Below, in pieces: positions 7,130 through 12,954 of a DNA stretch of 12,954 nucleotides. A program made the translations under genes and the position numbers. The notes under the pieces are model-generated. The model ran no database searches, was not told where the DNA came from, and was given only the letters and a program-made list of their open reading frames with translations. Source of the DNA: Candidatus Thorarchaeota archaeon (GTDB lineage: Archaea > Asgardarchaeota > Thorarchaeia > Thorarchaeales > Thorarchaeaceae); NCBI GenBank assembly GCA_029858305.1, contig JAOUFI010000061.1:1-12954 (forward strand), read 5' to 3'. Within the stretch, counting starts at the first letter, position 1, and every line of letters begins with the position of its first letter.

Positions 7130-7648
7130 CCAATGATTCCTCCAGTAGTCATATTCATGATTGCGCAATCTCCCTTCGATATCACGTTACCAGAAGCTTG
7201 GTTCGCTACAATGAGTCAGATATTGAACGCCTTGTTTGCTTTCGCGATACGTGGTTATCTCCTTCTCATTCTTGTTGGTCTGATATTATACGCTACAGGT
7301 CTGAGTGATGGACTCTCAAAAGTATTAGTGGCATTTGGGATTGGACTCTACTTCGGAGGTCCGTTAGTAGTGAATCTTGTTGCAAGTTTCTCAAGTATAG
7401 CTCCCGTTACGATGGAGAGTGCAACACTTGCATGGCTACAGCTTTTTGGTATGACTGATGCAGAGATTGTGTATGTCCTCGTATGGGTCGGTGACGTAAT
7501 CGCAGGAATTTGTTGTCTTACAGGAGCAATTCTGTATTTCACTCCCAGCCCGAACGATTTCAAATCGCGAGGGCAATCTCTCATCGTCCGGTCTCTTATG
7601 CTTGCTCCTATCCTTGTTTTCTTCCACATTACTCCATTATTACTCTGA
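7124..7648 (+). CDS. Hypothetical integral membrane protein, about 4-5 hydrophobic segments, two tandem helical-hairpin repeats
   Basis: Strongly hydrophobic ORF filling the UDG-atpB gap; LVGLILYAT...GPLVV is repeated as LTGAILYFT...APILV. Start uncertain (GTG 7124, ATG 7133 or ATG 7157). Confidence 0.8.
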   Translation: MRPMIPPVVIFMIAQSPFDITLPEAWFATMSQILNALFAFAIRGYLLLILVGLILYATGLSDGLSKVLVAFGIGLYFGGPLVVNLVASFSSIAPVTMESATLAWLQLFGMTDAEIVYVLVWVGDVIAGICCLTGAILYFTPSPNDFKSRGQSLIVRSLMLAPILVFFHITPLLL

Positions 7649-7676
7649 GTTGCACTTCGCAACTCTTAAAACTCAG
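7645..7676 (+). repeat. Hairpin GAGTTGC-ACTTC-GCAACTC (7647-7665) with alternative pairing CTGAGTT/AACTCAG (7645-7651 with 7670-7676), overlapping TATA-like TTAAAA (7666-7671) upstream of atpB
   Basis: Perfect 7-bp inverted repeats read directly from the sequence; role inferred. Confidence 0.45.
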
Positions 7677-7723
7677 TCATGGATACGCCCCGATACTAAA
7701 ACATGCCCCGGAAGGTATAGCTA

Positions 7724-9127
7724 TTGTCAAAAGAAGCCTCAATTGTCTATCGCACAGTATCGGATGTCAGTGGCCCCCTCTTAGTTGTAGAACATACTCA
7801 TGATGTTTCTTACAACGAGGTCGTTAAGATACGTTCTCCAGTGGGTGGCGAGTTGTTAACAGGGACTGTTCTTGAAACTGGACGGGGCAGGGCTGTAATC
7901 CAGGTCTTCGAAGGGACAAGCGGTCTGGATACTGATGTCACCTCTGTCAGATTCACCGGAGAAACCATGAAACTACCCGTTTCCACAGAGATTCTTGGAA
8001 GGGTTCTAGATGGTGCTGGGAACCCTCTTGATAAAGGGCCTCCACTTACTGCAGAAGATCATTGGGATATCTATGGGTCTCCGATTAATCCCTATGCTAG
8101 ACAATATCCCCGTCAACCCATTCAGACTGGACTTTCTTCAATTGATGGTCTGAATACCCTTGTCAGAGGTCAAAAGCTCCCAATCTTCTCAGGATCTGGA
8201 CTCCCACATAATAGAATAGCTGCTCAGATTGTTCGTCAAGCCAAGATACCCGGAGAAGAGAGTGAATTTGCCATTGTTTTCGGAGCTATGGGTATCACTG
8301 CAACAGAAGCTCAGTACTTTATGGATTCTTTCGAAGAAACAGGTGCCTTGGAGCATACAGCACTCTTTCTAAACTTGGCCAATGATCCCGCAATTGAACG
8401 AATAATCACACCCCGAGCTGCTCTGACTGCTGCAGAATACTTGGCATACACATCCGATATGCATGTTCTCGTTATTCTTACTGATATGACCAACTACGCA
8501 GAGGCATTACGTGAAATCAGTGCTGCAAGGTCTGAGATTCCCGGTCGGCGTGGTTATCCCGGTTACCTCTACACGGACCTCAGCCTCATCTATGAGCGTG
8601 CAGGCCGTATTCATGGGAGAAAAGGAACCATTACACAGATGCCAATCCTATCCATGCCGCAAGATGATATGACACATCCAATTCCTGATCTTACCGGATA
8701 TATTACTGAGGGTCAAATTATCGTTGGACGTGGGCTGCATCGGCGAGGTATCTATCCTCCTATTGACCCTGGTCCTTCTCTGAGTCGTCTGATGAAAGAG
8801 GGTATCGGTGAGGGAATGACTCGTTTCGATCACAAAGAAATCCAAGCTCAGCTCTACTACGGTTATTCAGAGGGACGCGACCTTCGTGACCTTGTTGCTG
8901 TGGTTGGTTCAGAGGCGCTAACAGATCGTGACCAAAAATATCTCAAGTTTGCTGACAAGTTTGAGTCTGAGTTCATCAATCAAGGCGAGTTTGAGGATCG
9001 TTCCTTCGAACAGACTCTGGATATTGGATGGAATCTACTCAGTGACTTCCCTGAACGAGAACTCAAGAGAATTGATCCTGAAACAATTACGTGGGCTAAG
9101 GAACAGGCTCTGTACAAGCCAAGCTAA
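7724..9127 (+). CDS. atpB: A/V-type ATP synthase subunit B
   Basis: [94 protein letters not shown]; TTG start behind GGAAGGT. Confidence 0.99.
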   Translation: MSKEASIVYRTVSDVSGPLLVVEHTHDVSYNEVVKIRSPVGGELLTGTVLETGRGRAVIQVFEGTSGLDTDVTSVRFTGETMKLPVSTEILGRVLDGAGNPLDKGPPLTAEDHWDIYGSPINPYARQYPRQPIQTGLSSIDGLNTLVRGQKLPIFSGSGLPHNRIAAQIVRQAKIPGEESEFAIVFGAMGITATEAQYFMDSFEETGALEHTALFLNLANDPAIERIITPRAALTAAEYLAYTSDMHVLVILTDMTNYAEALREISAARSEIPGRRGYPGYLYTDLSLIYERAGRIHGRKGTITQMPILSMPQDDMTHPIPDLTGYITEGQIIVGRGLHRRGIYPPIDPGPSLSRLMKEGIGEGMTRFDHKEIQAQLYYGYSEGRDLRDLVAVVGSEALTDRDQKYLKFADKFESEFINQGEFEDRSFEQTLDIGWNLLSDFPERELKRIDPETITWAKEQALYKPS

Positions 9128-9170
9128 CGCACGGAGTTCTTAAGACAAAACCCTCCTACTATGATAGTGA

Positions 9171-9884
9171 GTGGGGGACAACGTGCGTATTCTTGTAGTA
9201 GGAAGCTGCAGCAAGCGAAAATTGGTACAACACAAGGACGCTCCATCATGCAACAATCTTTCAACAAAGGATGCTCTATTCAAGTGGCAGGAGCTTCTTC
9301 GGGAATACATAGTCAGAGCAAGAGAGATGTACACGGGATACTTGAATCAAGAACTTACCAAAGGCGTCGATCTTTTGAGGGAGATTAAAGGTTTAGAGGT
9401 TCAATTAGTCATAGTTTCAGCTGGTTTTGGTATTATTGGAGAGAATGAGTTAATTCCTCCTTATGACTGCAGTTTCTCAGGTATGCGGAAGTGGGAGATT
9501 CGTACTCGAAAAAATGACTTGATGATAGAATATGACTTTGCACGAATTTGTTCATCTGGATTTGATATTGTATATCTCGCGCTCGGCAGAAATTACCTAC
9601 TTGCACTTGGCGATGAATGGAAGTCAGTGACTACATCCATTGTGGTCGGATTCGACAAGAATCTTGCAGGTCCAAGAGTTGTTTGCATCCCCTCAGGTTA
9701 TCGCACTGTCAGTACGTTTTCATCGCGGGGCCACATTATTCATGGAGTAGTCGGTTTCAAGGGAGACCTGTTGAGAATCCTCGCACAGTTCGCAACAGAG
9801 CATGATGATCCTTTCTATGAGGTCACGAGATGGAGAAACCACGATTATCTTCAAAATCTAATTCAAAGATTGGGCGGACTATAA
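9171..9884 (+). CDS. YaaA/DUF6884-like protein of unknown function
   Basis: Motif series ILVVGSCSKRK...AREMYTG...IVSAGFGII...IPPYDCSF...LALGRNY matches the C-S-x-x-K / A-x-x-(L/M)-Y-x-G / (I/L)SA-x-(Y/F)G / I-x-PY pattern of YaaA/DUF6884-type proteins, recognised by eye. GTG start. Confidence 0.65.
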   Translation: MGDNVRILVVGSCSKRKLVQHKDAPSCNNLSTKDALFKWQELLREYIVRAREMYTGYLNQELTKGVDLLREIKGLEVQLVIVSAGFGIIGENELIPPYDCSFSGMRKWEIRTRKNDLMIEYDFARICSSGFDIVYLALGRNYLLALGDEWKSVTTSIVVGFDKNLAGPRVVCIPSGYRTVSTFSSRGHIIHGVVGFKGDLLRILAQFATEHDDPFYEVTRWRNHDYLQNLIQRLGGL

Positions 9885-9890
9885 TCCAAT

Positions 9891-10760
9891 CTAATGGGCA
9901 TACTTGATTGTCGCTTTACCTTTCTCAGATACATCCCGAACTCCTCTCTCGCAATTATCACAATGAACTTTCCATGAGAACCTATAGGATGGCGCCCAAT
10001 TTCGCACACTCAAATCAAGTATAAACTCAGTTTCTGATGGCTCAATACCAAGCTCTGCTGGAAGGTACCCTACCCTGATTCGGTTATCTTCTGGCAGCCA
10101 GCTGTAGGGCGATACATTGGTCAGTATCAAATTTGAATCAACATCAATCTCCACCTCAACGTTTTGGTAAGGGTGCAGATACCTATTCATAAACAGGGAT
10201 GTAATTCGGATTGTTGTATTGTCAATGACTTCCCATTCTTTAATTAGATTTAGTTCTGGGGGGCGATACTTTCCCTTTTCCGCTTTCCTTCCCCTTCGCG
10301 ACTTTTGTCTAATTCGTTCTTGAGTCGTTGCATTGACTTCATCGAGTCTGTAAGGATGATCAATCCACCCTACTATCGTCCTGAGTGAAGCTAGTTTCAC
10401 ATCATTAAGAAGGTACTTTGTGATGTTTTGTGCGCTCTCCGCCTTTCTAATCCCCTTTACGATACCTGAGCGGATTTCAGAAACCAGCACATTCGATAGC
10501 ATTGCGGTTCTCTGGAGAGTTTTACACACCTCTTCTACAAACTCGACAATCTCTCTCCCAGCTGTGGCCCGGTATTTATTCTCTTCAAACCATGCACTAC
10601 GTGTTGTGTTCTCATAATTGGGAGGCGCAAGTGATTCGCAGGCTTGCTGCCATGATTTGAGACTTCTACTTTCCAGTTTTTTGATAACAAACTCTTCGAT
10701 GTACTTGATCTGCACTTTACTCAACTTTTTCTTCTTCACAGATACTACTCTCCCCCGCAT
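9891..10760 (-). CDS. Hypothetical protein: helical N-terminal half, basic linker, beta-rich C-terminal domain with CxxC
   Basis: 289-aa ORF convergent on the 9171 gene (6-bp gap), with no recognisable family motif. Alternative start GTG 10739 behind GGGGAGAG. Confidence 0.75.
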   Translation of the reverse strand: MRGRVVSVKKKKLSKVQIKYIEEFVIKKLESRSLKSWQQACESLAPPNYENTTRSAWFEENKYRATAGREIVEFVEEVCKTLQRTAMLSNVLVSEIRSGIVKGIRKAESAQNITKYLLNDVKLASLRTIVGWIDHPYRLDEVNATTQERIRQKSRRGRKAEKGKYRPPELNLIKEWEVIDNTTIRITSLFMNRYLHPYQNVEVEIDVDSNLILTNVSPYSWLPEDNRIRVGYLPAELGIEPSETEFILDLSVRNWAPSYRFSWKVHCDNCERGVRDVSEKGKATIKYAH

Positions 10761-10812
10761 GGCAAAACCATGTGCTTGCGCGTTCTACTGTGCACTAGTT
10801 CAATAGAATGTG

Positions 10813-10819
10813 TATTAAA
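10813..10819 (-). promoter_or_regulatory. TATA-like TTTAATA upstream of the 289-aa gene
   Basis: Consensus-like archaeal TATA in the 125-bp intergenic region; no good BRE. Confidence 0.35.
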
Positions 10820-10885
10820 CTACTAGAAAATAAGCGCTGATAGGTCAGACAAGCGCCTACCTATGGAGTGATATCTGATATTATT

Positions 10886-11224
10886 CTATTCAAGACCGTG
10901 GTGCAAGTAGTGATCCTTTTCCTTCTTTGCGCCAAAGCTACGAAGTCCTTCAGTCTTGATTTGACTTTTGATTGCTTTTGCTTGGGCAGCTGTAATCTCT
11001 CCCTGTTTTGCTAGGAAGTCAACTATTTCAACTGCCTGAGGTACTGTATCACAACGACGTATGTAGTCCACGACATCAGGAGTGAATGTCTGTTTCTCCT
11101 GACCTTGATCGGATTCTTCAGACATTGTTCGGACACCATCTATTTTGAAGGATTGAGTATTACCCTCTTCAAGCTCCTTTGTTAGGGCTGGAAAGGATTG
11201 ACGAAATTCATCGTCTTCGGACAT
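10886..11224 (-). CDS. DUF2095 (COG4003)-family archaeal protein
   Basis: FRQSFPALTKELE, PDVVDYIRRCDTxxQAVEIVDFLxKxGEIT and GLRSFGAKKExDHY are the family's characteristic motifs. Start ATG 11224 follows a GGTGA SD (track start 11260). Confidence 0.85.
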   Translation of the reverse strand: MSEDDEFRQSFPALTKELEEGNTQSFKIDGVRTMSEESDQGQEKQTFTPDVVDYIRRCDTVPQAVEIVDFLAKQGEITAAQAKAIKSQIKTEGLRSFGAKKEKDHYLHHGLE

Positions 11225-11234
11225 CTTTTTCACC

Positions 11235-11267
11235 AGATGCCTGTAGTCTATTCTGACCATGGCATCT
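11235..11267 (-). promoter_or_regulatory. 33-nt 5'-leader hairpin abutting the SD of DUF2095
   Basis: Minus strand AGATGCC-a-TGGTC-agaata-GACTA-ca-GGCATCT followed immediately by GGTGA-AAAAG-ATG. Confidence 0.45.
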
Positions 11268-11290
11268 CTCAGGAGTCATTTTCGTGGATT

Positions 11291-11305
11291 GACTTAAGAG
11301 CTTTG
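11291..11305 (-). promoter_or_regulatory. Putative BRE/TATA (CAAAG-CT-CTTAAG) for DUF2095
   Basis: TATA-like element about 25 bp upstream of the hairpin; a similar TCTTAA core precedes atpB (7664-7669) and the 9171 gene (9138-9143). Confidence 0.4.
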
Positions 11306-11322
11306 CCAAGATGGCCCTTATT

Positions 11323-11330
11323 AAAAAGAA
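11323..11330 (-). terminator. Oligo-T tract (TTCTTTTT) just after the radical SAM stop codon
   Basis: T-rich tract 4 nt downstream of the TAG, as is typical of archaeal intrinsic terminators. Confidence 0.4.
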
Positions 11331-11334
11331 CACA

Positions 11335-12864
11335 CTACCTTTTGAGATATGCCCATGGTATTCCACTACGAAACCGATCAGGATCACTTGCGAGTGAGAG
11401 AAATGGAATTCCTGTCTCCTTTTCAGCTCTTCTCCAACCACCATAGCCTCCATAGACTGCAGCAGTTCGAATTACCTCTCCTAGTGACCTACCTCCTATT
11501 GATAGAGCCGCTTGGATTCTGGCACTACGCAAATCAAGAGTTTCTAATGTCACTCTTGGTATGCTCTTCAATTCATCTTCAATATACCTAAGCGTTCCTC
11601 GAAGCGCATCTAGCGTTAGTTGTGGTTCCATTTCCCATCTTGTTCTTGCCTTTGGAATAAAAGGATTCACACTAGCAGTGATTCTCATGGCTGAGTTTTT
11701 GGCTATGTTTTGTATCATTCTCACAGTCGAATCGATATCCGCCTGTGTTTCGCCTGGTAGACCGATAATGAAATACAGCTTAAGTGAGGTGTACCCGACT
11801 GATTCAGCTGTCTTCACAGCCATTTCGATATCAGAATCAGTGATTCCTTTTCCCATACTCTTTCTGAGTGCAAGTGAACCTGTTTCTGGGGCGATTGTAA
11901 GTGTCCGTTGTCCTCCTTTAACAAGGCATTCTAAGAGATTCTTCGAAATAGAATCTGCTCTCAGGGATGGTGCAGAAACTTCCACTCCCCGTGTCACAAT
12001 CCAGCATACAAGATCCTCCAAACTGTCTAGGTCTCCCAAAGATGACCCGATTAATGACACCTTGTTTACTGGTGTCCGCTCAATTCCTTGCTCTACTAGC
12101 TCCTGCAAGCGTTCTAATGAACGCGTTCTTCTTGGTTGACATATGTGTCCCACAAGACAGAACTTGCACGAATGGCCACAGCCTCTGGTTACCTCAAGCA
12201 GGAAAGACTTTCCAAAAACTGGTTCGAGTTTTGATTCCTCATCTACATCAGGAATGACTTGAGCTATAGGGTATTCGAGAGCATCTAGATCTGCTATTGT
12301 GATGTGGCTCACAGAAGAGGGCTTGGTTATTGGTACATAAAGACCATCAATTTCTGCCATAGCTGCTATTGCCTCATCACGTGAGCCTGAAGATTTGACA
12401 ATCTCTACGATATTGTGAACGATAATGTCCCCTTCCCCTATGGCAAAAACATCCACAAAATCCACATAGGGTTCTGGGTTTGAGCTAACGACTGGTCCTC
12501 CAACCACAATAATTGGATCATTATCTGTTCTATCTTCAACAACAACCGGGATTTTGCCTAAATCTAGCATTTGTATGAGATTCAGTATATCTTCCTCATA
12601 GGTAAGCGTGAACCCTATGATATGATTATCTCGCAATGGCCGATTGCTCTCAATTGAATGTACTGGCGATTGAGTCTGATGTCTGAAGTATCGCTCACAT
12701 GATGTATCTTCTCTGGCATTCAATGTAGAATATATAATTTGAAGGGCAAGACCAGTCATACCTGCACGATAGGTTGAAGGGTAACAGTATCCAAAGAGTA
12801 CGTCAACCTTGCTAGTATTTTTCACGACTGAATTGAACTCTATCAATGGTCTTGATGCCAACAT
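11335..12864 (-). CDS. Radical SAM protein with N-terminal B12-binding-like domain (COG1032; TIGR03960-like)
   Basis: YPSTYRAGMTGLA, VVGGPVVSSNPEP, AIGEGD, LEVTRGCGHSCKFC (CxxxCxxC), PSLRAD, TLTIAPETGS, KLYFIIGLPGET, NPFIPK; GAGGG SD. Confidence 0.92.
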   Translation of the reverse strand: MLASRPLIEFNSVVKNTSKVDVLFGYCYPSTYRAGMTGLALQIIYSTLNAREDTSCERYFRHQTQSPVHSIESNRPLRDNHIIGFTLTYEEDILNLIQMLDLGKIPVVVEDRTDNDPIIVVGGPVVSSNPEPYVDFVDVFAIGEGDIIVHNIVEIVKSSGSRDEAIAAMAEIDGLYVPITKPSSVSHITIADLDALEYPIAQVIPDVDEESKLEPVFGKSFLLEVTRGCGHSCKFCLVGHICQPRRTRSLERLQELVEQGIERTPVNKVSLIGSSLGDLDSLEDLVCWIVTRGVEVSAPSLRADSISKNLLECLVKGGQRTLTIAPETGSLALRKSMGKGITDSDIEMAVKTAESVGYTSLKLYFIIGLPGETQADIDSTVRMIQNIAKNSAMRITASVNPFIPKARTRWEMEPQLTLDALRGTLRYIEDELKSIPRVTLETLDLRSARIQAALSIGGRSLGEVIRTAAVYGGYGGWRRAEKETGIPFLSLASDPDRFRSGIPWAYLKR

Positions 12865-12954
12865 TGTACCCTCATTTGGAGGATTCTAAATCAATTATGG
12901 TCTGATTCTGTTTTGTTATTACCAACTTGTCAGGTCCAATATCCCGGTCCACTA

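Noticed and set aside
7124-7648. Membrane protein as the duplicated c/K proteolipid of the ATPase
   Set aside because: Size and 2x hairpin layout fit, but it lacks the Gly/Ala-rich first helix and the conserved Glu in the second helix of either hairpin.
7646-7669. TGA followed by a hairpin as selenocysteine recoding
   Set aside because: Read-through gives only six more codons before TAA; there is no redox motif context and no archaeal SECIS pattern.
6491-7723. Insert as a transposon or integron-like mobile element
   Set aside because: No transposase or integrase, terminal inverted repeats or flanking target duplication are visible, and the composition resembles the neighbouring genes.
4245-11337. 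TAG read-through (pyrrolysine) fusing pyrI, atpA or the radical SAM gene to neighbours
   Set aside because: Each read-through frame meets TAA or TGA within about 25 codons, before joining the next gene.
11198-12257. Overlapping small ORFs (82, 81, 80, 192, 96 aa)
   Set aside because: Shadow or alternative frames of the radical SAM and DUF2095 genes, with no independent evidence.

Overview
Gene-dense archaeal housekeeping window with 14 supportable CDSs. The style suggests an Asgard/Thorarchaeota-like archaeon (inference only). No rRNA, tRNA, CRISPR array, intein or mobile element was seen. Left, minus strand: a translation/RNA-modification cluster, srp54 - trmY-like SPOUT - DRG/OBG-family TGS GTPase - trmJ (runs off the window and is absent from the ORF track). 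Centre, plus strand: an orphan pyrI, then a fragmented A/V-type ATP synthase locus: atpF - atpA - [family-4 uracil-DNA glycosylase variant] - [174-aa internally duplicated membrane protein] - atpB - [YaaA/DUF6884-like protein where atpD normally sits]. Right, minus strand: B12-binding-type radical SAM - DUF2095 - a 289-aa unknown. The most notable signals are: (1) two unrelated genes inserted between atpA and atpB that share an upstream sequence module; (2) a UDG lacking both the uracil-pocket Asn and one Fe-S Cys; (3) an exactly spaced tandem helical-hairpin repeat in the membrane protein; (4) degenerate motifs in the GTPase and TrmY; (5) a hairpin abutting the DUF2095 ribosome-binding site; (6) pervasive TTG/GTG starts.
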